This document shows positions 17,421-26,443 of a DNA stretch of 64,000 nucleotides, piece after piece. Position numbers and translations under genes: made by a program. The stretch lies in IMG/VR virus record IMGVR_UViG_3300017773_000002, positions 24,454-88,453 of that record; one strand, given 5' to 3'. Numbering within the stretch: position 1 is the stretch's first letter; each line of letters starts with the position of its first letter. The notes below the pieces were generated by a model. It made no database searches. It had not been told where the DNA came from and saw only the letters and a list, made by a program, of their open reading frames with translations. The stretch is from a virus.

Positions 17421-19409
17421 ATGTCTATAAGAATAAATAAAAAAAGAGACGAGTTACTGACAGACTACGCTCTATCAATGTTACAAGACTTCTACATGCA
17501 AGAAGGTGAAGTTAGTCCACAAAATGCATATGCCCGTGCTGCCACAGCGTGGTCGACCTATAATGGAGAACTCGAAGAGGGTCTCGCACAGAGACTCTAT
17601 GAGTATGTGAGTCAGAAATGGTTCATGTTTGCCTCTCCAGTATTATCTAATGCCCCTAATCCCAGAATAAAAAAGAAAAACAAGGGTCTTCCGATATCTT
17701 GTTTCCTCACCTATGTGCCTGACACAGTCGAGGGACTCATAGAGCACTCTTCCGAACTAAGATGGTTGTCTATTATGGGTGGTGGAGTAGGAGGTCATTG
17801 GTCGGATGTCAGATCAGTTTCAGATATAGCTCCCGGCCCTATGCCCTTTTTACATACTGTCGATGCGGATATGATCGCATATCGTCAAGGTAAAACTCGG
17901 AAAGGTTCTTACGCGGCATACATGGATGTCTCCCATCCAGAAATAATCGAATTCCTTAATATGCGTATCCCCACTGGGGATGTTCAACGTAAAGCTTTGA
18001 ATCTCCATAACGCCATCAATATCAGTGATGATTTTATGGAAGCCGTAAAAAATAACAGAAACTTTCATCTAGTTTGTCCTAAAGGAAATACTATAAAAGA
18101 TACTGTCAACGCTCGTAAATTGTGGGAACGTATTTTAGAAACGAGATTTCGAACAGGGGAACCTTACCTAAATTTTATAGATACCGCCAATAGAGATCTC
18201 CCTCAACCATTAAAAGACTTGGGTTTAAAAATTCAGGGAAGCAATCTATGTAATGAAATACATTTACCCACAGACAAAGATCGTACTGCGGTTTGTTGTT
18301 TGTCCTCCCTCAACCTTGAGTATTATGAAGAATGGAAAGATACTAATATCGTTAGGGATTTGGTTCGTATGTTGGATAATGTTTTAGAACATTTTATTCA
18401 GAATGCTCCAGATAGTATAAAGAGAGCCAGATTCTCTGCGTATAGAGAAAGATCCATAGGCCTTGGTGCAATGGGTTTTCACTCTTTATTACAGAAACAT
18501 GGTGTAGCTTGGGAATCGGAGACCGCCAGAAATATAAATAATGCGGTCTTTAGTCATATCAACTCTGAGGCTGTTGCGGAGACAAAACATCTTGCAGAAA
18601 TAAGAGGAGAATATCCGGATGGTCTGGGTAGTGGTCGCAGAAACGCCCACTTAATGGCTATTGCTCCTAACGCATCTTCTGGTGTTATTTTGAGTACAAG
18701 TCCTTCTATAGAACCATCAAAGGCGAATGCTTACACACACAGAACTCGTGCTGGTTCTTTTTTAGTTAAGAATAATTACCTTATAAAATTACTAGAGGAG
18801 AAGGGGGAGAATAACGAATCCAATTGGACATCAATTATAACCAATAAAGGTTCGGTACAACATTTACCATTCCTCACAGAAGGAGAGAAAGCGGTATTTA
18901 AAACCGCACAAGAACTTGATCAGACTTGGGTTGTTCAACATGCTGGAGATCGACAAAAATATATTTGTCAAGGACAATCCGTTAATATATTTTTCCCAGC
19001 TGGGGCAGATAAACATTATGTCAATAGGGTTCATCTTATGGCTTGGAAAATAGGTTTGAAGGGATTATATTATTTAAGAACTGAAGCTAAGAGTCGTGCA
19101 GAAAATGTTTCGGAGAAGGTAGAACGAGTTGCTCTTGGGGAGGATACAAGAACTCTTGTTTATGGTATACCCAATTGTCCTTTCTGTCAGTTAGCGAAAG
19201 ATGAATTAAAATTACGTGGCATATATTATGATTATATAAACCTAAAAGAAGTGGGTAAGACTGCGGCCGAAGTCACTGGTCGAAAGGTAAAAAGTGTACC
19301 TCAAATATATGTCTCCGGAAAATATGTTGGTGGGTACGAAGATTTAATGAAGTTCTTGGACAATCCGGTCCAAGAAGAATCCGAAGAATGCAGAGCTTGT
19401 GAGGGATAA
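17421..19409 (+). CDS. nrdA: Class I ribonucleotide reductase alpha subunit (no ATP cone) with inserted glutaredoxin domain
   Basis: ISCF, SNLCNE, APNASS, GLYY; Grx CPFC...SVPQI..GGY; terminal CRAC. Confidence 0.95.
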   Translation: MSIRINKKRDELLTDYALSMLQDFYMQEGEVSPQNAYARAATAWSTYNGELEEGLAQRLYEYVSQKWFMFASPVLSNAPNPRIKKKNKGLPISCFLTYVPDTVEGLIEHSSELRWLSIMGGGVGGHWSDVRSVSDIAPGPMPFLHTVDADMIAYRQGKTRKGSYAAYMDVSHPEIIEFLNMRIPTGDVQRKALNLHNAINISDDFMEAVKNNRNFHLVCPKGNTIKDTVNARKLWERILETRFRTGEPYLNFIDTANRDLPQPLKDLGLKIQGSNLCNEIHLPTDKDRTAVCCLSSLNLEYYEEWKDTNIVRDLVRMLDNVLEHFIQNAPDSIKRARFSAYRERSIGLGAMGFHSLLQKHGVAWESETARNINNAVFSHINSEAVAETKHLAEIRGEYPDGLGSGRRNAHLMAIAPNASSGVILSTSPSIEPSKANAYTHRTRAGSFLVKNNYLIKLLEEKGENNESNWTSIITNKGSVQHLPFLTEGEKAVFKTAQELDQTWVVQHAGDRQKYICQGQSVNIFFPAGADKHYVNRVHLMAWKIGLKGLYYLRTEAKSRAENVSEKVERVALGEDTRTLVYGIPNCPFCQLAKDELKLRGIYYDYINLKEVGKTAAEVTGRKVKSVPQIYVSGKYVGGYEDLMKFLDNPVQEESEECRACEG

Positions 19410-20411
19410 ATGTCACTATTAGAATTTAGTAAATCGTACAAACCTTTCGCCTATCCTTGGGCGGTAGATATGGTAAAAAAACATGAAGAGATTCATTGGG
19501 TAGAAGATGAAGCCGAACTTTCTGAAGATATTCAGGATTGGAAGACTAAACTTTCTGAACAAGAAAAGGAATTCATAACTCAGATATTGAGACTGTTCAC
19601 GCAGTCAGATGTTCAGGTAGGAGAAAACTATCACGAACTTCTTATACCCAAATTCAAGAATAATGAAATAAGAAATATGTTAGCGTCTTTTGCTAATCGT
19701 GAAGGTGTTCATCAACGTGCTTATGCGTTGTTAAATGACACTCTAGGTTTACCTGATGAAGAACATCACGCATTCCTAGAATATAGTGAAATGGCAGATA
19801 AGTTAGACTTCATGAAAGAGGGGAATATAAACTCCCATACCGGACTAGCACTTGTTCTAGCTCAGTCCGTATTCAATGAAGGTATGTCTCTGTTTGCATC
19901 ATTCGTGATGCTACTAAACTTCCAACGTTTCGGTAAGATGAAAGGTATGGGAACTATTGTAGAGTGGTCTATCCGTGACGAGACTATGCACGTACAGGGT
20001 AATGCAAAACTATTCCGTGAGTTCTGTGAAGAACACCCACGTATTGTTAATGACGAACTCAAGTCTAAGATCTATGAGATGGCAAAGAACGCTGTTAAGT
20101 TAGAAGACCGATTCATCAAACTTGCATATAAGTCGGGTACCATTGAAGGTCTAACTGAAACAGATGTTAAACAGTACATTCGTCACATCGCTGATCGTAG
20201 GCTTCTTCAACTCGGAATGAAACCAAAGTTTGGAGTTAAGGATAACCCATTGACTTGGTTAGATTGGGTCCTTAATGGTGCCTCGCATGATAACTTCTTT
20301 GAAAAAAGAGTGACAGAGTATTCCGTAAATGGCATGGATGGAGAATGGGGATGGGAAGAGGAAGAAGAAAGTCCGGTTTGTGGCCTAGATGGTAAAGGTT
20401 GTTTAGCATAA
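19410..20411 (+). CDS. nrdB: Class I ribonucleotide reductase beta subunit
   Basis: FTQSD, EGVHQRAY, EGMSLF, RDETMH, NFFE.RVTEY. Confidence 0.95.
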   Translation: MSLLEFSKSYKPFAYPWAVDMVKKHEEIHWVEDEAELSEDIQDWKTKLSEQEKEFITQILRLFTQSDVQVGENYHELLIPKFKNNEIRNMLASFANREGVHQRAYALLNDTLGLPDEEHHAFLEYSEMADKLDFMKEGNINSHTGLALVLAQSVFNEGMSLFASFVMLLNFQRFGKMKGMGTIVEWSIRDETMHVQGNAKLFREFCEEHPRIVNDELKSKIYEMAKNAVKLEDRFIKLAYKSGTIEGLTETDVKQYIRHIADRRLLQLGMKPKFGVKDNPLTWLDWVLNGASHDNFFEKRVTEYSVNGMDGEWGWEEEEESPVCGLDGKGCLA

Positions 20412-20551
20412 TGTGGGAGATAGAATGCCCAATATGCGACATTTTTACAATAGTAAAGATAAGGTACGAAATAGATGAGGATGAAGTCCCTCGTTTTTGT
20501 CCTATGTGTGGTTCTGATATAGACGCTGAAGAGGTAGATGATTACGAGTAG
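20411..20551 (+). CDS. Small zinc-ribbon protein (46 aa; not in ORF track)
   Basis: CPIC...CPMC; ATG overlaps the nrdB stop. Confidence 0.7.
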   Translation: MWEIECPICDIFTIVKIRYEIDEDEVPRFCPMCGSDIDAEEVDDYE

Positions 20552-20575
20552 TTAATATAGACATATATAATTGTT

Positions 20576-20998
20576 ATGTGGATATATGAAGATAAAGAAT
20601 TTAAACCCGACGATGAGTTCCTCAAAACTTATGTCGGGTTTGTTTATATGGTGACCGAAAAAGATAGTGGTAAAAAATATATTGGTAAGAAGTTATTTTG
20701 GAAACCCAAGACTTTGCCCGTCACCAAAAAGAGAAAGAGAAGAGTTAAAACTAAAGTTCAATCTGATTGGATGGATTATTATGGTTCAAGTGAGAATGTT
20801 AAATCTTTAGTTGAACAGAAAGGTGGTGAAGCTTTTAGTAGGGAGATACTTAGATTATGCAAATCTAAAGGAGACTGTTCTTACTATGAAGCTAAGTACC
20901 AATTTCAATACGAAGTACTAGAGTCTTCGGACTTTTACAATGAGTTTATTGGGTGTAAGGTACATTCCAAACACCTATCTATTAACATGAAAAAATAG
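20576..20998 (+). CDS. GIY-YIG endonuclease, T4 endonuclease II (DenA)-like
   Basis: GFVY...KYIGKK, YYGSS; position after nrdB as for T4 denA. Confidence 0.7.
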   Translation: MWIYEDKEFKPDDEFLKTYVGFVYMVTEKDSGKKYIGKKLFWKPKTLPVTKKRKRRVKTKVQSDWMDYYGSSENVKSLVEQKGGEAFSREILRLCKSKGDCSYYEAKYQFQYEVLESSDFYNEFIGCKVHSKHLSINMKK

Positions 20999-21008
20999 GA
21001 AATTTATT

Positions 21009-21203
21009 ATGCCAATCAAATGGAAACCCGATACAAAAGACAGGAAAAGAAATATTACTCGGTATTATATACACACTGTTCCTACCGAAGAACTCCAAGA
21101 ATCTATTGCCAAAGATAACACTACGGGTAAGAAAAAACAAAAAGCCAGAAATGAACTGGTTCGTCGGAAGGCACCCCTAGTAGCGGAAACTGTTGAAGAT
21201 TAA
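21009..21203 (+). CDS. Small basic hypothetical protein
   Basis: AGGA RBS, 64 aa. Confidence 0.6.
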   Translation: MPIKWKPDTKDRKRNITRYYIHTVPTEELQESIAKDNTTGKKKQKARNELVRRKAPLVAETVED

Positions 21204-22069
21204 TGAAAATTGCTTTACTTATAAATGGAAATTTTCATCCATATTTAAGACGAGAAATACTTAAAGAAAATTTAAGTTCTCTTCAAAAAATATTTTCCGG
21301 TTGTGATATATTTTATCAAACTTGGGATAGTGATGAAGATCGACATATATTTAAGGATATAAGGAATATTGTTGATATAAAGTGGGTACCTAAACCTCCT
21401 TTAGCTACTTACGATCCTTATCTTAAGGCTGTAGAAAATCTTCCTAAAAAAGATTTTTCCGGAATTAATAGAATAAAGAACTCTTCAGAGTCCGGAAAAC
21501 TTATGAGAGCTCACGGTTGTTTCCAACACATATCTCTATTGGAACAGTTCAATTCTATTCCTAAAGATTATGATTTTTATATAAGAACTAGGTGGGATGC
21601 TTATTTTAATAATGAATTTCCTCTTTCCGATATTTTAGAATTAGCTAAAGATAATGTCATAGGGATAGCTACTATACCTAATCATAGTAGTGTTTTAGGA
21701 AAAACGGTTCGTAATCAAAATGATAATTACCTTCGAGTTAGGTCTAGAAGAGAATCCGTAAAAAAACAGGTAGATGGGGGCATCTATTGTATCATAGATG
21801 AAGTCGGATCTAATAATGATTATTCTCCATGCAAATGGAACAACTACCTAAAAGATTTTTGTATAGTATTTAAAAAGGATGACATAATAGATTTTGACAT
21901 AATGGATCACTATGTGAAAGAAAATTTGTATGGAGCTGAATATGGTTGGCATCAAATTCTATGTAGAAAAAGAAAACATATTAATATAGATGGACTTGTT
22001 TCAATATATAGAAATATAGATACGAGTAAAAGGAGTTATGATAGATTAAATAGAGCTAATATGTTATGA
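21203..22069 (+). CDS. Putative glycosyltransferase-like protein
   Basis: KIALLING...DIFYQTW...YDFYIRTRWD pattern. Confidence 0.5.
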   Translation: MKIALLINGNFHPYLRREILKENLSSLQKIFSGCDIFYQTWDSDEDRHIFKDIRNIVDIKWVPKPPLATYDPYLKAVENLPKKDFSGINRIKNSSESGKLMRAHGCFQHISLLEQFNSIPKDYDFYIRTRWDAYFNNEFPLSDILELAKDNVIGIATIPNHSSVLGKTVRNQNDNYLRVRSRRESVKKQVDGGIYCIIDEVGSNNDYSPCKWNNYLKDFCIVFKKDDIIDFDIMDHYVKENLYGAEYGWHQILCRKRKHINIDGLVSIYRNIDTSKRSYDRLNRANML

Positions 22070-23424
22070 ATCGTCCTATAAAATTAATTCTTTTTGATTT
22101 AGATGGAGTATTAGTAGATGCTAAAAGTATACATTATAAGGCTTTAAACAAAGCTTTAGGTGAAAAATATTCTATAACCGAAAGGGAACACCTTTCAATT
22201 TATGATGGATTAAAAACTATACAAAAATTAAATATGTTAACAGAACGTAAAGGTTTAGATCCAAAACTACATCCACAAATAAGTGAAAATAAACAAAAAC
22301 TCACTAGAGAAATGTTATCCGAACAAAAACCAATAGAAGAAATATGTGAGTTATTTTTAGAGTTAGAAAAACTCGGATATAAAATTGGAGTATGTTCAAA
22401 TTCAATAAGAAGGACGGTTTTAACTTCACTTTCACAAGCAAAAATAATACAACATTGTTCAGTAATTCTTTCCAATGAAGATGTCAAAAATGCTAAGCCT
22501 CACCCAGAGATATATTGGAAGGCTATGTCTATGATGGGGGTTTTGCCGGAAGAAACTGTAATCGTTGAAGATAGTCCAGCTGGATTACTATCTGCACAAA
22601 GATCTCGCGCTAATTATATACGAGTGGACAATCCTTATAATACAAATATAAATAATATAATCCCAAAAATTGAGGGTGCACCTATGATAAAAAAGTGGAA
22701 AAATGATAAATTGAATGTTCTTATACCAATGGCTGGAGCTGGTAGTCGTTTCAAAGAGGCGGGTTACACTTTTCCTAAACCACTGATAGATGTAAATGGT
22801 AAACCTATGATCCAGAATGTTGTTGAAAATCTGGGATTAGATGCTAATTATATATTTGTAGTACAAAAAGAACACAGAGAATATTATAACCTAGATACTA
22901 TGTTAGGACTAATATCCCCAAAATGCAAAATTATTGAGGTGGATAAGATGACTGAGGGAGCGGCATGTACCGCACTTTTAGCAAAAGAATATATAAACAA
23001 TGAAAATCCACTATTCTTTGCCAATTCTGATCAGTATGTTGAATGGGAAGTTATGGAGTTTATGTATTCAATGAACGAAAAGAATGCTGACGGTGGTATT
23101 GTCACATTTGAGGCTACTCATCCAAAATGGTCTTTTGCCAAAATAGATAATTTTGGTCTTGTAACAGAAGTTGCGGAAAAAAATCCTATAAGTAATCTTG
23201 CTACAGTCGGTTATTACTATTGGAAGAGTGGTAGTGATTTTGTTAAATATGCTGAACAAATGATAGAAAAAAATATTAGAGTAAATAATGAGTTTTATGT
23301 GTGTCCAGTTTTTAATCAGGCGATCGAAGATTGTAAAAAAATATATACACATAATGCTTCCAAAATGTGGGGATTGGGAACCCCAGAAGATTTGAAATAT
23401 TTTTTAGAAAATTATAAAAAATAA
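22066..23424 (+). CDS. HAD phosphatase fused to sugar-phosphate nucleotidyltransferase
   Basis: DLDGVL, KPHP, EDS; then IPMAGAGSRF...PKPLI, NSDQ, EK, GTPED. Confidence 0.85.
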   Translation: MNRPIKLILFDLDGVLVDAKSIHYKALNKALGEKYSITEREHLSIYDGLKTIQKLNMLTERKGLDPKLHPQISENKQKLTREMLSEQKPIEEICELFLELEKLGYKIGVCSNSIRRTVLTSLSQAKIIQHCSVILSNEDVKNAKPHPEIYWKAMSMMGVLPEETVIVEDSPAGLLSAQRSRANYIRVDNPYNTNINNIIPKIEGAPMIKKWKNDKLNVLIPMAGAGSRFKEAGYTFPKPLIDVNGKPMIQNVVENLGLDANYIFVVQKEHREYYNLDTMLGLISPKCKIIEVDKMTEGAACTALLAKEYINNENPLFFANSDQYVEWEVMEFMYSMNEKNADGGIVTFEATHPKWSFAKIDNFGLVTEVAEKNPISNLATVGYYYWKSGSDFVKYAEQMIEKNIRVNNEFYVCPVFNQAIEDCKKIYTHNASKMWGLGTPEDLKYFLENYKK

Positions 23425-23427
23425 TAT

Positions 23428-23456
23428 TTGACAAATATTTTTTATTGTGTTATAAT
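23428..23456 (+). promoter_or_regulatory. Early promoter of the tRNA cluster
   Basis: TTGACA-17-TATAAT. Confidence 0.85.
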
Positions 23457-23468
23457 ACACGAATTAAT

Positions 23469-23544
23469 GCTCGGATAGCTCAGTTGGTAGAGCAGCTGAC
23501 TTGTAATCAGCAGGTCGCAGGTTCGACTCCTGTTCCGAGCTCCA
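23469..23544 (+). tRNA. tRNA-Thr(UGU)
   Basis: Cloverleaf, anticodon TGT, TTCGA, encoded CCA. Confidence 0.95.
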
Positions 23545-23548
23545 TTTT

Positions 23549-23624
23549 GGGGGTATAGCTCAGCTGGGAGAGCGTCGCCCTTGCACGGCGAAGGTCTGCG
23601 GTTCGATCCCGCATACCTCCACCA
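23549..23624 (+). tRNA. tRNA-Ala(UGC)
   Basis: Cloverleaf, G3:U70, anticodon TGC, CCA. Confidence 0.95.
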
Positions 23625-23628
23625 AACG

Positions 23629-23801
23629 AGTCCTATGATTGAGGACTAGTAGTTATTTGTTTCTCCTATGATGAGAATGGGATTAATCATCCCAAATAGA
23701 AACACGACACCAAGTAGGTCGGTAGCTGGTACCGTTAGTCAGAAGGCTTGGAGACTATGCACGTGCAACGTATAAGGTCAAAGAAGAGTTTTGTGTCACC
23801 A
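23629..23801 (+). ncRNA. Putative structured ncRNA(s) with tRNA-like CCA end
   Basis: Several hairpins; GACAC/GTGTC-A-CCA acceptor-like stem; no ORF. Confidence 0.55.
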
Positions 23802-23812
23802 GACAAATTTAT

Positions 23813-23888
<76 letters not shown>

Positions 23889-23895
23889 TTAACTA

Positions 23896-23972
23896 GGACT
23901 GGTAGTTCAGTTGGTTAGAATGCCGGCCTGTCACGCCGGAGGTCGCGAGTTCGAGTCTCGTCCAGTCCGCCA
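23896..23972 (+). tRNA. tRNA-Asp(GUC)
   Basis: Cloverleaf, anticodon GTC, CCA. Confidence 0.95.
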
Positions 23973-23987
23973 ATATAGGAAAACATC

Positions 23988-24104
23988 ATGGACCCTATAA
24001 ATATTTGGGAATCACTCAGTTACCTAGACGGAATACTCTTCTCTGTTTGGTTGGGAATTTTGTACTATGGTAAATGTTGGATTGATAACAAGTTTAAAGA
24101 TTAA
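23988..24104 (+). CDS. 38-aa single-TM peptide (not in ORF track)
   Basis: AGGA RBS; MDPINIWESLSYLDGILFSVWLGILYYGKCWIDNKFKD. Confidence 0.6.
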   Translation: MDPINIWESLSYLDGILFSVWLGILYYGKCWIDNKFKD

Positions 24105-24113
24105 TCTAATCGG

Positions 24114-24197
24114 GGGGGGATTCCCGAGCGGCCAAAGGGATCAGACTGTAAATCTGACGCGAAAGCTTCGGTGGTTCGAATCCACCTCCCCCCACCA
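24114..24197 (+). tRNA. tRNA-Tyr(GUA)
   Basis: Class II cloverleaf, anticodon GTA, CCA. Confidence 0.95.
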
Positions 24198-24207
24198 TAA
24201 AATTTTC

Positions 24208-24298
24208 GGAGAGGTGGCAGAGCGGTTGAATGCACCAGTCTTGAAAACTGGCATACGTTAATAACGTATCGTGGGTTCAAATCCCACCCTCTCCGCCA
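24208..24298 (+). tRNA. tRNA-Ser(UGA)
   Basis: Long variable arm, anticodon TGA, CCA. Confidence 0.95.
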
Positions 24299-24336
24299 CC
24301 TTTCTCATAAAAAAACTTCATTTAATTTCAAGAAAC

Positions 24337-24393
24337 GCTTGACAAACCTTGTTGGCTGTTGTATAATGGTTACATAAATTGATAAAGAGAGAG
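24337..24393 (+). promoter_or_regulatory. Early promoter and leader cassette (family A)
   Basis: TTGACA-17-TATAAT-GGTTACATAAATTGATAAAGAGAGAG; 57-bp exact inverted copy at 56229-56285. Confidence 0.9.
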
Positions 24394-24399
24394 TATGTT

Positions 24400-24753
24400 A
24401 TGGGAATTCATGTTAGTGTTTACAAACAAGTTCCGTATGGAAACAGTTTTTTAGATAATGTCGACTGCACCGCTGGTGGTGAGTCTTCATATAGTAAGGG
24501 TTTTACTATAGTTAATGCAGAGGGTCCTTTCGAACCGTGTTCAGATTACCCAGCTGCGGAATTAATTATGGAAGAACCTATCGGTGGTCGTAAGTGTCTT
24601 AGAGTTGTTCCCTCATCGAAGAAGGATAAATGGACAATGTTCGGTGGTAACTATGCCGCAACATCTGACTCACGATTTTCTCAACTTTGTGACCGATTGA
24701 TTGGTGGTCACTTCTATGGTGCTGTTGCTGTCTTTGACCGAGTGGAGTTTTAA
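24400..24753 (+). CDS. Early conserved hypothetical protein
   Basis: DCTAGG...MFGGNYAATSDSRF..AVFDRVE. Confidence 0.65.
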   Translation: MGIHVSVYKQVPYGNSFLDNVDCTAGGESSYSKGFTIVNAEGPFEPCSDYPAAELIMEEPIGGRKCLRVVPSSKKDKWTMFGGNYAATSDSRFSQLCDRLIGGHFYGAVAVFDRVEF

Positions 24754-24754
24754 T

Positions 24755-24991
24755 ATGACTTTTGATGAAGCCTGTCACTATTTGTGGCGAGAAGAGTTGA
24801 CCGATTGGGGTGAGTACAAAGTCCCCAATCACGTGTATATAACTAAGGGTACGGACCTTGTGGGTTATGTTCCTTATGGTACAAAGGATGTTAAAATATT
24901 TAATTCTCCTATGAAGTCTTGGAGTGCAAGTAGACGAAAGTTTCGCAAGTTTAACAAGAAAGATATTAAATATTATTTTGAAAATAAGTAA
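24755..24991 (+). CDS. Hypothetical protein
   Basis: GGAG RBS; ELTDW...PNHVY...RRKF. Confidence 0.6.
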   Translation: MTFDEACHYLWREELTDWGEYKVPNHVYITKGTDLVGYVPYGTKDVKIFNSPMKSWSASRRKFRKFNKKDIKYYFENK

Positions 24992-24999
24992 TAAATGTG

Positions 25000-25028
25000 T
25001 TGACAAAGTGTGTAAAATATTGTATAAT
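25000..25028 (+). promoter_or_regulatory. Early promoter (family B-like leader)
   Basis: TTGACA-17-TATAAT then TGTATTGAT..GAGAGAG. Confidence 0.85.
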
Positions 25029-25063
25029 ACCTATGTATTGATAATTGAGAGAGAGTGTTTATT

Positions 25064-25396
25064 ATGAGTTATTTTGTTAAAGAAGATTTCCAATGGGACG
25101 GTATGTACTTGACATACAAAGGTGATTTCGAAGGTGCCAAGTTTATGCAAGATGTTCATCCTAACTGTCACGTAGGTTGGCACGGTAAGTTAAAGCCTGC
25201 TTTTGTCGCGAGATTCAAACATGGTTACAAACCTTGGAAAGCATGGGTTAACTTCCTAGTGAAAAATGTTCATGTTGAGGAGTATATGTATCTTTCTGAC
25301 CACAACAACAAATTCTTCGATGAAGATTATGGGTACGAAGTCGGAGGTTCTCCGGTCTTCGCGATGGAAACTCTTGGATATAAGGGGAAGACATAA
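25064..25396 (+). CDS. Early hypothetical protein
   Basis: ORF following the cassette. Confidence 0.65.
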   Translation: MSYFVKEDFQWDGMYLTYKGDFEGAKFMQDVHPNCHVGWHGKLKPAFVARFKHGYKPWKAWVNFLVKNVHVEEYMYLSDHNNKFFDEDYGYEVGGSPVFAMETLGYKGKT

Positions 25397-25593
25397 TGTA
25401 CGGTATAGTTGGTGAGACAATTCAATGGGACACTCCTAGTGGTGTCCTTTCTGGTGAAATAATGTTTGTGCACACTCCTGAAGATATTGATTACTACAGT
25501 ATTGCTACTGGACCCAATCTAATGGACAGACATTTTCTTGATAGTGATACAATGAAAGAACTTAATGTAAAAAACTTAGGAGAAATAAAATGA
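25396..25593 (+). CDS. Hypothetical protein
   Basis: Translationally coupled ORF. Confidence 0.55.
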   Translation: MYGIVGETIQWDTPSGVLSGEIMFVHTPEDIDYYSIATGPNLMDRHFLDSDTMKELNVKNLGEIK

Positions 25594-25730
25594 GTAAAAT
25601 GAGTACGGTAGTTTTTGAAGTTCAAGAGTTATATGAACAAGCAGTTTCAGTACAGGATATTTCTAATAAGTTAGACCTCCCTTTAGAATTTGTTAAAGAT
25701 ATTGTTTCTTGTATTTGGGATTACGAATGA
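25590..25730 (+). CDS. Small HTH-like protein (46 aa; not in ORF track)
   Basis: AGGAG RBS; SVQDISNKLDLPLEFV; ATGA overlap with next gene. Confidence 0.55.
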   Translation: MSKMSTVVFEVQELYEQAVSVQDISNKLDLPLEFVKDIVSCIWDYE

Positions 25731-26272
25731 ATATTTTTAGATTACATGACGACCCTGTTATATCAGCTCAAATGATGTGTGACAAACATGTGGTCAAAAT
25801 GGTCATTGAATATGCCCAGTTACTATCAACCGCTCATCGCGTTATTGATGGTGAAGAATATACTGATAGAACTAAAAGTGGTCGTAGAATAAAACGATGG
25901 AGACTCAATGGTGATGCTCAAGAAAGACTCCTATACAAAGCTTGTCATGTTAACCATCCCTCCGCTATCTGGACAAGAGAAAACAAAAGAAACTACCGAT
26001 GGTTGTATGATCATTTTGTAGCTTGCGCTAAAGAATATACGCACCGTTATGGAAGAATACACGCTACCTATGATAAACTATCTAGTCAGTTGTGGTTCGC
26101 CCCTAAGAATATTAATCAAGTAGGACCTGAGACTGTTATGCCACAATGTATGCCCGAATATTGCAAAAATGATAATGTTACTGAAGGTTACCGTAAATAC
26201 TATCGAGAAGAAAAAAAGTACTTCGCTAAATGGTCTAACCGAGAGGTACCAAAATGGTTTCAAGAAAAGTAG
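25727..26272 (+). CDS. Pyrimidine-dimer DNA glycosylase (DenV-related) family protein
   Basis: MNIF...DKHVVKM..E.AQLLST, NHPS..W, EY..RY...H. Confidence 0.7.
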   Translation: MNIFRLHDDPVISAQMMCDKHVVKMVIEYAQLLSTAHRVIDGEEYTDRTKSGRRIKRWRLNGDAQERLLYKACHVNHPSAIWTRENKRNYRWLYDHFVACAKEYTHRYGRIHATYDKLSSQLWFAPKNINQVGPETVMPQCMPEYCKNDNVTEGYRKYYREEKKYFAKWSNREVPKWFQEK

Positions 26273-26421
26273 GCGTTTGGATACTAAGAATAATGCTTAT
26301 ATTTTGGTTAAGTTTTTCTCAGAAAGCTGACGATGAATTGTTTGGTGTTTTAACAAGTATTCGTAGATTTAACGAATGTCGTAGATTAGTAAAAGATAAA
26401 CCTAATAAAAAGTATATATAA
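26254..26421 (+). CDS. Small hydrophobic hypothetical protein (55 aa)
   Basis: GAGG RBS; fills the intergenic gap. Confidence 0.45.
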   Translation: MVSRKVGVWILRIMLIFWLSFSQKADDELFGVLTSIRRFNECRRLVKDKPNKKYI

Positions 26422-26443
26422 TATTAACAGAGGCAATTAAATT

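Noticed and set aside
17421-20411. Group I introns or inteins in nrdA/nrdB
   Set aside because: Both ORFs are continuous and of normal length; the only insert is the Grx domain.
23660-23735. Hammerhead ribozyme (TGATGA...GAAAC...GTA)
   Set aside because: The core has A instead of C3 and no stem I can be formed.
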